Both the position numbers and the translations under genes were made by a program. Below, piece after piece: positions 1 to 12,662 of a DNA stretch of 64,000 bases (within the stretch, counting starts at the first letter, position 1; the number at the start of each line of letters is the position of its first letter). This DNA comes from Felis catus (Eukaryota). Under the pieces are notes generated by a model. The model was not told where the DNA came from, ran no database searches, and saw only the letters and a program-made list of their open reading frames with translations. The stretch spans positions 21,826,001 to 21,890,000 of the forward strand of contig NC_058368.1 in the NCBI RefSeq assembly GCF_018350175.1, written 5' to 3'.

Positions 1-365
1 GGCCAGGGACACCCCAAGAACATGTGAAAATGGAACACCAAGGAATGTCAGAATTTAAAAGTGCAATTTCACACAACTTAAAACTGAGAAGTAGCCAATG
101 TCACTGTGCCCTCCCCCTCCACATCCAGGGGGGCATATTCCCTTGACATGACTGCATTTATGTTGGACTCTCTTGGGTTTAAAGGGTAAAGCATACGCTT
201 AAGTAAGGTAGGATATCTTTGCCATCTGCCACACCTTTCTGAAGCTATAACTCCTTTCCTTAGCTCATAAATGATTTAAGCTGTTTTCCTGACTCATACT
301 TGGAATACCATCCCTGAGCATTATTTTATAAGCTTGTGAAATCTTGATATAAAACAGTTCAGTGC

Positions 366-850
366 CTGTGTTAGTCAGCTAGCGCCAAGGGGGTAAAAAA
401 AAAAAAAAAAACCCCACAAAAGTCTCCTCAGTTCAATGCAACAATAAGCATTTGTCTTCAGAGCTCTGTGTGTTGTCTGGGATTTGGCTGATCTGAATTG
501 GGCTCAGCTGGTCAACTCTGCTCCGCCTGCAATGGCTGAGTGGCTCTGCCTCTCACATCAGGTCTCTGGACCACGTTGGTGGCTTTGCTCTACATGTCTC
601 TCATCCTGTCCTCCTTAGCAGACTAACCAAAGCTTGTTCTTCTGATGGTGCCAGCAGAAGCAGAAGAGAGAAGCCCCAGTGTGCAAAACCTTGCATCCCT
701 GCTGCGTCACGTCTACCACCAGCCATTGGCCAAAGAAAGTCACATGGCCAAGCTCAAAGTCCCCGCGAAAGGACACTCCATCCATGATGAGGCCATAGTA
801 AGGGAGTGGGTGGAGAAAGGAGTGAAGAACTGGGGCCGATAGTACCACCA
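366..850 (-). mobile_element. MaLR LTR (MLT1-type)
   Basis: Typical MLT1 motifs (gggctcagctgg; ggccaaagaaagtcacatggccaagc). Confidence 0.7.
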
Positions 851-3487
851 TGCTCACCTGAGGTACATAGGAAAGGGCTAAAGGGTTTCTTCTGACCATT
901 GCTACAGCAGCATTTTGTTGCAGAGATGCTCCAGGGAACCCGGGAGTCCTGGGAAACTCTTGAAGGTAAGTCTGAAAGGAAAAAAGAAGTGTGTGTGTGG
1001 GTGGGGGGAACAGCCCCGGTTGGCCCATCTTCCCAGTCCTAATTCCATTCAGCCCTGGCTTTCTGCTACATTCCTGTCTGCCTAGTAGCTGAGCCATCCT
1101 AGGGCAACAGGCGAGGAGAGAGGATTCTCCTGTGTCTTCACATCTTCACTGTCTAGTGATTGTTTTTCACAACAGTTCTCTCCTGGGAAGCTCTTCAAGA
1201 TGCTCACAGGCTCCCTGAGCCAGAGAACCAGGACGCCACCCAGAGTGTTCCCGAGGAGTGTAGAGGGAGCAGGCAGCAGAAAGGCAACATGGCGACCAAG
1301 TAACTCTTCCATGGCTAAGGGTGGTGAACCTTTATACTCTGACAAATGTGCACCAACAAAAGCACTGAGGGAGTGAGAGCCCCTGGAGCAGCCAGGTGAG
1401 GATCTGCCTTACCCAAGACAACAACTGTTTTAGCTGTGTGTTCTGATGTTTTCCCTGCTTTCTTCCCCCGTGTTTCTGTTGCTGTTTCTTGATTTTTCAA
1501 CTTTAGACACAACCTATTTTTTTTCTTACCTTGGAAGATAAGAATTTAACTCTCTTGCACTGTCCCCCATTTCCACCCTCACACATATATCCCTTCCCCC
1601 GTATTCCCAATATAGATAGTTTGGTTCAATGAATAGTTGGTATGCACATTGTTGTGAATATGAAAAAAAAATTGTTCACAACTGGGCCATTTAATATACT
1701 ATGGTTACATTTCTTTTCAGTGCAACGTTTTGATAATTGCCCTTCTTTGCATATTTGTTTGCTTGGTTTTCCACATACTTATCAATAAGACAACCTAAAC
1801 TGTCAATACTGAAAACTTCACTGATACAATCAAGCATAAGGTCAACTGTTAGTTTCTTTTGTCTGATGGCTTGAAACAGCCTGCTGGGAACCATTCGTTC
1901 TCTTGCTTCCAGCTATACAGGTTGCTATGGACGCCTCTGCATAGCTGTTGTTCTGGAAACTCCTTTGCTACCCTCTAGTGTTGAATTCCATGCTACCTGC
2001 ATCCTGTGTCTTCATTTTGGTCTATCCTCTTGAGGGAGCACAACTACTCATAGCCTCCTGAGAAAAGGTTCTTGAGACCTTACTTGTCTGAAAATGTCAT
2101 TATTCCATCTGCATGATTGATTGATAGTTTGCTTAGGTATAACATTCTAGGTTGGCAATAATTTTCCCTCAGAATGTCTCTTTTCTTACTTTTTATTTTG
2201 AATTTAATTTTAGACTTTCAGAAATGTTGCAAAAACATTAGCATTCTATGTAATGCCTTTACCGAGCTTCCCCCCATGCTAACATCTAACATAGCCATGG
2301 TACAATGATAAAAACGAAGACATTAATTTGGATACACTAGTATTAAGTGAGTTACAGACTATGGATTTCATCAGTTTTCCCAATAATGTCATTTTATTTT
2401 TCCAGGGTCCATTCTAGGATCCCACATTACATCTAGTTGTGGAGTCTACTTAGTCTCTTCCAATCTGGAACAGTTCCTTAGTTTTACTTTGTCTTTCATG
2501 ATCTTAACAGTTTTGAAGAATAGTGGTCAGTTATTTGGTAGAACATCCCACAATTTATATTTTTCTGATTTCTCATAATTAGACTGAGGTGACGGAATTT
2601 TGGCAAGAAATTTTTTTGCAAGAATGCCCTTCTTAGTGCATCCGATCAGGGGTGTGTGAAGGTGGTATAACTTATTACTGACGATGTTAATATTGACTAC
2701 TTGGCTATATGGTTTGGGCCAGTTTTCTCCACTGTAAGTGGAGATTTTTCTTTTCATAATTAATAAATATAGTGGTGGGCATAGTTTTTATTATTATTAC
2801 TTTAATTTCATTATAGTTAACATACAATGCTATGTTAGTTTCAGGTGTACAATATAGTGATTCAGCATTTCGTTACATCACCCGGTGCTCATCACAAGTG
2901 CACATCTTAATCCACATCATCTCTTTCATCCATCCCCCTCCCCCACCTTGTAACCATCTGTCTGTTCTTTATAGCTAAGGTCTGTTTTTTTGGTTTATCT
3001 CTCTTTTTTACCTTTTGTTCATTTGTTTTGTTTCTTAAATTCCACATATGAGTGAAATTATATGGCATTTGTCTTTCTCTGACTGACTTATCTCACTTAG
3101 CATTATACTCTCTAGCTCCTTCCATGTTGTTGCAAATGGCAAGATTGCATTCATTTCTCTGAATGATATTCCACCACCTCTTCTTTATCCATTCATCTAT
3201 TGATGAACACTTGGACTGCTTCCATTAATTTGGCTATTGTAAACAATGCTGTGATAAACATGGGGTGCATATATCCTTTCAAATTAGTGTTTTCATATTC
3301 TTTGAGTAAATACTCGATAATGTGATTACTGGATCATGTGGTGGCTCTGTTTTTAATTTTTTGAGGAACCTCTGGTGAATATACTTTAAAACTATGCAGA
3401 TATCCTATTTATCTTCAAACTTTCACCCACTAATTTTAGCCTCAACTGGTGAATCTTGCCTACAACAATTATTACTGTAATGTTCTT

Positions 3488-3715
3488 TTTTTTTTTTTTT
3501 AATTTTTTTTTTCAACGTTTATTTATTTTTGGGACAGAGAGAGACAGAGCATGAACGGGGGAGGGGCAGAGAGAGAGGGAGACACAGAATTGGAAACAGG
3601 CTCCAGGCTCTGAGCCATCAGCCCAGAGCCTGACGCGGGGCTCGAACTCACGGACCGCGAGATCGTGACCTGGCTGAAGTCGGACGCCTAACCGACTGCG
3701 CCACCCAGGCGCCCC
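3488..3715 (-). mobile_element. Young feline Can-SINE
   Basis: Near-consensus SINEC_Fc with a perfect 19-bp TSD ttattactgtaatgttctt (3469-3487 / 3716-3734). Confidence 0.95.
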
Positions 3716-4109
3716 TTATTACTGTAATGTTCTTAATGGTAATTTTCTGTTTTCCTCCTTTTACATTTGTTAATGGAATTTTTGTAAGGTAGAGCTGTCC
3801 CTTCTCTTACATTTATTTAGTCATCCATTTATTCTTCACATCAGCATGGATTCATAGATATTTATTTTATTCTAGGGGATATAGTCCAGTTTCATTGCTA
3901 AAATTGCTCTTGGGCGCCTGAGTGGCTTAGTCAGTTAAGCATCTGACTCTCTCCCCGTTCTCTGCCCCTCTCCCTATCTTTCTCTCTCAAAATGAATAAA
4001 TACACATTTTAATTAATTAATTAATTTAATTGCTCTCGGAACTTTGAAGGCCTTGCTCCATTTTCCTTTAAGATTTCAGTATAGTTATTAAGAAGTTTAA
4101 TGCTATTCT

Positions 4110-4553
4110 GGGGCACTGGGGTGGCTCAGTCGGTTAAGCATCTGACTTCGGCTTAGGTCATGATCTCATGGTTTGTGGGTTCAATCCCCGAGTCAGGCTC
4201 TGTGCTGACAGCTCAGAACCTGGAGCCTGCTCCGGTTTCTGTGTCTCCCTCTGTCTCTACCCCTCCCCCACTCTCACTATGTCTCTCTCTCTCTCTCAAA
4301 AAAAAAAAAAAGCATTGGGCACCTGGGTGGCTCAGTCTGTTGAGCGACTAACTTCAGCTCAACTCATGATCTCATGTGAGTTTGAGCCCCGTGTCAGGCT
4401 CTGTGCTGACAGCTCAGAGCCTGGAACCTGCTTCTAATTCTGTCTCCCTCTCTCTCTCTGCCCCTCCCCCACTCATGCTCTCTTTTTCTCTCTCTGTCTC
4501 AGAAATAAACACAAAAAAATAAAAAAAATAAGCATTAAAATTTTTTTTTAAAA
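4110..4553 (+). mobile_element. Two Can-SINEs, the second (from 4317) nested in the tail of the first
   Basis: Two SINE heads. Outer TSD aagaagtttaatgctattct; inner repeat aagcatt. Confidence 0.9.
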
Positions 4554-5034
4554 AAGAAGTTTAATGCTATTCTGATTCTTGATCTATTGTATGTGACCTG
4601 TTTTTCTCTTTTAGGATGTTCTGAAATTTCCCAGTATTAAGTTTTTGTATTTATCTTTATAAAATGTATTTGTATTAGGCCCTCTATAGACCCTTTCAAG
4701 GTAGAAATTCATATGTTCTGGGAAATGTTCATGTGTTATATTTCTGATAATTCATCCCCCTTTACTTTTTTGTATTTCTGGCATACCCATTATTCTGATG
4801 CCAAACTTTTGGACTAGTTCTCTAGTATTCTTATGTTTTAATTTCCTGTTCTATATCTCTTATATTTTATTCTATTTTTTAGGGGATTTTTATTTCTACT
4901 TCATCTCCCAACTTTGTGTTAGATTTTTCCATGTAGATTCCAAGAACTCTTTCTTGTTATCTAAATATTTTTTATAGCAATTTGCCTCATGGGTGTGATA
5001 TCTATTCTTATTTCCAAGGACATACATATTTTTA

Positions 5035-5238
5035 AGTTCATCTTATTTTTAAGGGAGAGAGAAAGAGAGAGTGTGATCGGGGGAGGGACAGAGGAAGAGG
5101 GAGAGAGAGAATCCCAAACAGGCTCCGCACTGTCAGTGTGGAGTCTTACGCAGGGCTCAATCTCATGAACTGTAAGATCATGAACTGAGCTGAAATCAAG
5201 AGTCAGTCACTTAACCAACTGAGCCACCCAGGTGCCCC
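5035..5238 (-). mobile_element. Can-SINE
   Basis: Reverse SINE head (gagccacccaggtgcccc) and (AG)n tract. Confidence 0.9.
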
Positions 5239-6059
5239 GACTATTTCTAAGGATATTTATTGTTTGTGGGAAGTTTTCTTTTGTTTCCTGCAATGATCTC
5301 TTTTTCCTGAGTTACTTTTGTTTTGTCTCTCTCTTTCATGTTGGAGGCTCTTTGTCACAAGTTCTGTCAACCTTTATTGTCTGTTTTCATTTGAGTAATG
5401 CCTTGCCCAGGACATCCACACTGTGCCAGGCATTATCCATGGCCCTCGTGAAGGGCAAAGTGTGGCTTTACAGTAGACAGGTCTAGCAGTCCCTGCCTTC
5501 ACCAAACTTAGCTTCACCACTAGTAAGATATGCAGATGTTATCTCCTGATGGGATGCAATATGAGGTGGAAAGCTGCACCTATAGGACTTGCCAAAAACA
5601 CCTTATCTGAATGTATTCAGGCCTTTAGATCTAAATTCCAGTTGACAGCATTTACAAGAGATACAGGGACAAGTTAAATGATACCACAAGGAAACAATCA
5701 GGACCCTTCTTCAGGTAAGTGGCCTGGTCCCTTCAAAAAAGATAACACTGTGGGGCAAATAGAAGGAAGAGGACTGTTCTAGGAAGGAGAATAAAGAGAC
5801 ATAATAACCAAATGCAATGACATTCTAGGAACAATGGGGGAAATTTGAATATGGATTGAATATTAGAATATATTAAGGAATTATTTTAAATTTTCTTAAG
5901 CCTGACCATGGATTATATGTGGATTTTAATTATGTATGATGATGTCCTTATACTGAAATATGCAGGGGTGAAATATCATAATGTCTGCAGCTCCTTTTCA
6001 AATGGTTCAGAGAAACAACGTATGTACACACTTCTACCTAAAGATACAGATAAAGCAAA

Positions 6060-6275
6060 GGGGCGCTTGGGTGGCTCAGTCACTTAAGTGTCTGACTTCA
6101 GCTCAGGTCATGATCTCATGGTTCATGAGTTCAAGCCCCGCATCGGGCTCTGCACTGGCGTCGCGGTGCCTGCTTGGGATTCTCTCTCTCCCTGTCTCTC
6201 TCTGCCCCATCCACTGATCATGCTCTCTCTCTCTCAAACATGAATAAACATTTATTAAAAAAAAATAAATAAAGA
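6060..6275 (+). mobile_element. Can-SINE
   Basis: SINE head, (CT)n, aataaa tail; flanking repeat aaagataaagcaaa-like. Confidence 0.9.
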
Positions 6276-6904
6276 TAAAGCAAATATGTTAAGATGCTAA
6301 CTATTGTAGAACTTAAGAGGTAGGTATATGGGTGTTCGTTATATTTGGAAATATAATGAATAATTCCATAATAAAATGGAGGTGGAAAAAAAAGAAGAAG
6401 ATACCAAAAAGCGGCTAGAAGCTTGTGCGAACCCTGGGTCTATGGGCAGGGCCCATCATTTGGTGAGCCCACTGTTTCATCAGAGGACCTTCAAATGTCA
6501 ATGTCATGTTCCTTCTCTCTAGTTCTGTCTAGAACTCCTACAGAGCCCCCAGTCCCTGCCTGGGGTGTGTAAACCTCACTGCCAGCACATGGGAATTAAA
6601 TGGGGAAGGGATCTGCGCAGTCTCGCCAGTCAATTCACAATCTTTCACTGACTTCTCCTGTTTTCATAGGTGTCTCACACCATCCTCAACTGGGTAATGC
6701 CTCCAGAAAATAAACCAACGGCATCCTACCAGGGAGCACGGGGACAGTTGCCTGGCGTGAGTAAAATAGTGAAGGAGTCTGAGGGTCTGTCTCTGCATAT
6801 GGGCTTCCCAGCAATTCCGTTTTCAGCCCCATTTTGAAGCTCCCTGGTATTTCAGGTCTGGAGACCGCTTGGGGTTTGGTGCAGCTAATCACTTGCTAAT
6901 CACT

Positions 6905-7090
6905 GTGAGGCTATAGAGCGTGGTCTCTGGGCCACACCTCTGCAGCTTCTGCTGTGTGACCTGGGCAAGTTATCTAACCGGTCTGTGCTTCATCTCCAAA
7001 ATCAGGGCAAAAATTCTAGCATTGTTGGGGGATTATATGACTTAATGCACCTTCAACACTTAGACTAGGGCTTAGCACAGAGGAAGTCCT
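6905..7090 (+). mobile_element. MIR
   Basis: MIR core (ctgtgtgacctgggcaagttatctaacc...catct). Confidence 0.7.
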
Positions 7091-9388
7091 TTGAGCTACA
7101 CACACACACCCCAAAGCCCAGCCAACTTAGGTTTCCACTTTGTCTGGTCTATGAGATCACTTTCCATCTTCCATAATAGTATTGCTATCTCAAGCCTGCT
7201 ACCCTCTCTTCCGTTTTCTTTGTCCTTGTGGGGTTTGGCCCTTTTTTTTTTTCTTTTTTTTTTTAATCCCTTTGCCCTCCTGCTGATGAGGTTTGGGCAG
7301 ATAGTAGAGTTACATGTATGTTGTATTTCAAAACCTTAAACCACAAGTCTCCACAGCTTTCTTTCTTTGTCCCTGCTAATGACCCCCTTCAGGTAGTATA
7401 TTAATCATATTCTAGGCTGAATTCACTGGAGTGTTTCAAGCAGAGCCTGGGGAGTGAGTGTCCAGGCTTTTCAATCAGGTCTGGAACTAGCTCTTAATGT
7501 TAATCTAGAAAATGGCTGAGAAGTGCCCCAAGATGAATCTACTGGTTGAACTCCTTTCTGAAATCTGAGTCATCACCACTGGCTGAGGGGAAGGAAGGGC
7601 TCGTGGCATGACAGGCCACCTCAAAGCTTGTGTAAGAACCTTGTGACCCACGGCTGTGTCAGAACAAAAACAACCAGCGGTCTTCTCACCCCCACAGCCC
7701 AGAGCTCTTGATTCCTAGGGATCATCTGATCCCTGGAGAACTTAATCTTATCCCTAAGTGGTAGAAGGGTGGATCTTTGTGAATGTCTTACTTGAAGAGT
7801 TTGGAATGCTGGTTTAAAAGAATGAACTCCCTCCCCAGCTAAGATCAGGCCCATGGAATTCTGTGAGCTTCAGTTCTTCCACCTGGGTCATGGTGTTGGC
7901 TGCACTTGGAGAAGCCCTGCTCAAAGTGCAGGATACAACTGAGGAAAAAGTGGCTTTTCCAATTAAAGAATGACACTACCTTCTGGCTACTTGTCTCTTT
8001 TACTTTAGCACACTCTACTGACAGAAGTAAAAGCGCTTGGACTACTTATTTTCCATTTTCCATCCCCCACCGTTGTCTACTCTGCTCTACACCCTGGGAG
8101 GCCAGCCTCTGATGGAGAGCATGGGAGGGTGGGAGGAAGGAGAATCCAGATTGTTAATCCCCTGCTCACTCCCCATTCCAGAGGGGTGTTCCCAGGCTAA
8201 CCAGTCAGCTCTCCACTCCTGGGCTCAGGGCCATCTTTTCTAAGTAAGAAAAGGTGAGAAGGTGGCAGTCCCACACACCCAGACCTTCCCTCGGGGGCCT
8301 TCTTTCTGCACACAGTAGGTCCTTGCTGTGGGAACAATGAGAGGCATGTGGCCCACATTCACATGGCCTCAAGCAAAGTTGTGAAGTTCCAGCTTTTTCC
8401 TTTCTGGGAGCACTTCTTATGTTTTTCAACTGTTCTCAACTTTAAGCTTTGCTTTCTTAGCAAAACCTCTCCTGCAAAGATTTTGAGAACTCATTCCCAT
8501 TAAAGTGCAGATAACTAACTATCCTTGCTGCCCTTCTTCTGGTAAATTTTCTTTTAAAAACTAAGTCCAAAGGATGAACCTGTAAACGTAGAATTTCAAA
8601 GAGAAGTGGAATTGAGTGTGGGATTCAATTTCCAGTCTTCTGAAATCATTCCTATGCGTTCAACCTACTAGTCTTTATAAGAGGAGGGTGTATTTAAATG
8701 TGGTGGACAAAGCATAATGCATAAACTTGTTCAATAACTATGTTGTACACCTGAAACTAATGTAGCATTGTGTGTCAGCTATACTCAAGTAATAAAAAAA
8801 GAAAGTGCATGGAGGAGATACTAATTGTAGGCTTCCAGCACTCATAGTGAACGTGCTCTGGGCCAGGAAGGGGCAGAAGAGAAGCACTGAAATAGAGATG
8901 TTAGTAGATGTGGTAAGAAGGCAGATGGAGGCTAAGTGTCCAGAGTTTCAGAATTCAGAAGAGCTATCTTGCTGTCTTTTGACCTCAGTCCCATTCCTTC
9001 CCCCCACCCCCCAGCCACTCTCTCACCAGCAGTGACACCCTCTTTACTCCAGAACAAGTCTGGGTCTGGAAAATCCTAAGGGTGGCAGAAGGGATCTGCA
9101 AGAAAAGTCTGGGCCCCCAGAACTCTGTGTTTCATATGCATTTTAGCATGACTTCATTGTTGTCCCACATCGAAAGCTGGACTACATGTTAGAGGCCAGG
9201 GACCACGTGTCTCCTTCGTCCTGTAGCTCTTGTACATAGTTCAGTGTTTTGCACATAGTGGGTGCTCAAGAGATGCGAGTTGACTACATGGACGCATTAC
9301 CACACTGAATTCTCACAAGAACTTTGTGAGGTACCCCCTATTATCATTCCCATTCTGTAGATGAGGCAGCTGGAACTTCATTGGGTTC

Positions 9389-9602
9389 GGGCGCCTGGGT
9401 GGTGCAGTCGGTTAAGTGTCCGACTTCAGCCAGGTCACGATCTCGCGGTCCGTGAGTTCGAGCCCCGCGTCAGGCTCTGGGCTGATGGCTCAGAGCCCGG
9501 AGCCTGTTTCCGATTCTGTGTCTCCCTCTCTCTCTGCCCCTCCCCCGTTCATGCTCTGTCTCTCTCTGTCCCAAAAATAAATAAACGTTGAAAAAAAAAA
9601 AA
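9389..9602 (+). mobile_element. Young feline Can-SINE inside a MIR (MIR ~9290-9670)
   Basis: Near-consensus SINEC_Fc flanked by antisense MIR core sequence. Confidence 0.9.
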
Positions 9603-10591
9603 TCTGCCCCAGGTTACCCAGTTGGTGAGGCACAGAGCTGGTGTACTAGTCAGTTCTGACTGACTTTATGGCCAGACTCCAAGCCAGTGCACTTGACTGC
9701 GTTTAGACAATACCGATTTGAGCAAAGTGGAGGGGGGTGGGCGAGGTGCTGTAGCTCCATCTTGGTAGTGATTCTCTCATGGAAGAATTTTTGTAACCCT
9801 GAAAATCTTTATGTACATTTCTTTATATTCTTTATATTTTCCCTCCTGGTTAGGTTAACATTTAGTGAAGTTTGTGGAATTCAAAAAGGTAGGTAAAAAT
9901 GGCAAAATGACATAGTGTCAATGTTCATAATCTGGAGATAATTTATAATCATGATGCCTCCTTTTATTTGAAGAATTGGAAATGCTTTTATGAGAACTAA
10001 TTTGTTTAGATTTGTGATTTCATGCTTGAAGTAGGTTGCAGAAATATCCACATGGATGTTTCCAGGCTCCAAATTGTGGCGGGGGTGGGGGAAGGGGGGT
10101 CAGGGGAGGGAGAAGGATTCATTATGAGGTCCTAGCTTGAAATCTGAGGCAGAACAATGCCATTTCTTCATGGAAAAGTTTTAAATACTTATGCTCTGTA
10201 GCTACATAGCCAAATTTCCTTGGGGGTGAATGTGTCAGAGGAGTGGATATCAAGACAATGAGGTAAAAATGAAAGACTCCTTTTTTTTCCTTTCCAAAAT
10301 TATTTTGTTTTTCCTCAGCTGCTGCTTTTACGAGCCGTGTGGGAAAGGGATGCAGGGGTCACGCTTCACCACACCAAGAAATCCTTCTCTCAGTAAGTTG
10401 AAGGCAGTCACAGGTTTCCATGATCTTGTGAGAGGAGAATGCCATGGGTCATACTGAACTCATGTTCCTCGTTCCTAATTAAGTGTCCTCTAGAAACCTT
10501 CTAGCATGCATTCCGGTTGATTACCCCTTACCAATGTGATTGTACTCATCATGGGTACAACCAGAAGTTCACAGAGCAAACCAATGGGAGC

Positions 10592-11732
10592 TGTTGGGGA
10601 AATATAATTAAAATCAAATCTCCTGCCAACCCAGAAAACCTCTCCACAAAGGTAGTAGAGAAAGAAAACAGTTTTCTTTTTTAAAAAAAGGTTTTTTAAT
10701 GTTTATTTTTGAGAGAGAGAGACAGACAGAATGCGAGTGGTGGAGGGGGTAGAGAGAGAGGGAGACACAGAATCTGAAGCAGGCTCCAGGCTCTGAACTG
10801 TCAGCACAGAGCCCGACACGGGGCTGGAACTCACGGACTGCAAGACCATGACCTGAGGAGAAGTCAGATGCTTAACCAACTGAGCCACCCGGGCACCCTA
10901 AGAAAACAGTTTTCTTACTGAATAAGCATTCAACCAGAATGTGATGTGCATCATAGGCAATTGGCTAGAGATTGCAAAGACAAGAAGGAATCTCACTCTT
11001 TTAAACGGCTAGGCAGTCACACAACCTATTACCGACATAATAACCAATCCTCAAGTTAGAGGACTTAACAGCACCATTTGTCACTCAAGGTTCATCCTAG
11101 ATTTACCTGGTAATTGGGGTCACCATCTGTTAGGTAATTGACTTTAACCTAAAGAGAAACAAACTTCTCAGATCTTTATGACAGGAGATGGTTTTGCAAC
11201 TTTGAGGGAGGCACCTGCCCAGTTAGGCTCCTACCCTCCTACAGAGACTGAGAGATAGGCCCCGTCTCCCTTGATGATAACATTTCAAAGGGATTGGTCC
11301 CAGATCATGGAGAAAGACATTCCTGAGTCCTAAAGCTGGCAACAGCCTTAGCTTTTTAAAAGGATTTACATACATTTCACGGGGCACCTGGGTGGCTCAG
11401 TCAGTTAAGCGTCTGCTCAGGTCATGATCTCATGGGTTCAAACCTCGTGTTGGGCTTTGTGCTGACGGCTCAGAGCCTGGAGCCTGCTTTCGATTCTGTG
11501 TCTCCCTCTCTCTTTTACCCTCCCCTGTTCACGCTCTCTCTCTCGCTCTCAAAAATAAATAAACATTAATAAAAATTTTTGAAAAGGACTTACATACATT
11601 TCAAAGAGATGGAGGAAAGAACTTACGAATTGTCTGAAGTAAATGCTCTAAGAAAAGGGGTGCAGGGAGACATCTCTTATTTTCAACAGGGACAGTTAAG
11701 CTTCCTATTTTGAATTTGTATTTGCCCTCACA
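10592..11732 (-). mobile_element. MER34-like ERV1 solo LTR interrupted by two Can-SINEs (10682-10898 minus; 11381-11580 plus)
   Basis: The reverse complement begins tgtgagggcaaatacaaatt and ends tccccaaca (TG...CA). SINE TSDs: agaaaacagttttctt and aaaaggatttacatacatttca. Confidence 0.75.
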
Positions 11733-12584
11733 GGCAGCCTAGGTTGGCCTCTCTACCTCCTGTTCATTCAGGGACTCTCCCATCTTGTGCCAGGCTCTGC
11801 AGAAAGAGGCACACGCTCATCATTCATAGCTCATTCATAGCTCATCGTTCCTATTTGACTTCCATCTGTCTGAAGGCTGGGCCTGGGGCTTCTGGAAGGG
11901 AGTGCCCCACCCCCATTCTCCACTCACTCTGCCGAGTTGTGTCATTTTGGTTCTGAGGAAGGTGCAAGTCTTGTGTGAGGGGACCTCACCACCCCACCTG
12001 AGGTTGGGGCAGGGACACTTGAAGTGTCGATGTGTGTTTTAAATCCTTGAGGACAAGAAGGAAAGACAGGGTCCTGGATCACCCACATGCGGGGCATGGG
12101 TGCCTGGTCCACATTGAGGGACACAACTACCCCACCTCAGCAGTAGGAGGCACATGTCGTAGACCAGTGAGGACGGACCACTGAAAACCACAACGTAGCA
12201 GAACCGAGTCAAAACCAAAGCCTGCAGCCCAACTTGGCAAAGGATGGATTCTGACCAAGGGAGGAAGGAGAAAACCCTTCCAAATCAGTGAGCCAGAAAG
12301 GGAGAAACTCAGCCTCACGTTCAGATGGGTAAGCAGCTCTCCAAACTAGGACAGTTCTCCCTGTACACAGTGTTACAGAAAGAGAAAGACCAGAGTCATT
12401 TCAATATAAGAAAATAGACACCCACTGTTCTGCATGTAGAGCTACATCCGCTGGCACACGTTCCTGCTCCTTCACTCGCTCTTGGGGACTAATGGGAGGC
12501 TGACGGATCTGAAAGGTGTGGGGCAATTGGGACAGGCCAAACACCTCTCAGGTAAGGACAGCACCATCAAAAACAAAACAAAAC

Positions 12585-12662
12585 ATATATATGTACATAT
12601 ATATACATATGTGTATATATATATGTGTGTGTATATATATATGTAATGAATATGTGTATGTA
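12585..12662. repeat. (TA)n/(TG)n compound microsatellite
   Basis: Seen directly. Confidence 0.95.

Larger units (their letters stand above)
1500..6380. mobile_element. Nested cluster of old L1 fragments (L1ME/L1MB/L1MC-like, plus a carnivore L1 3' end at ~2790-3372)
   Basis: T-rich antisense L1 segments with diagnostic L1 3'-end text (ccatgttgttgcaaatggcaagatt; ttttttgaggaacctc), and a sense L1MC-like 3' end at ~5480-6380. Confidence 0.75.

Noticed and set aside
1..360. Possible EBPL 3' end, expected on this side by synteny
   Set aside because: No EBPL coding exon is recognisable; the gene presumably lies before the window.
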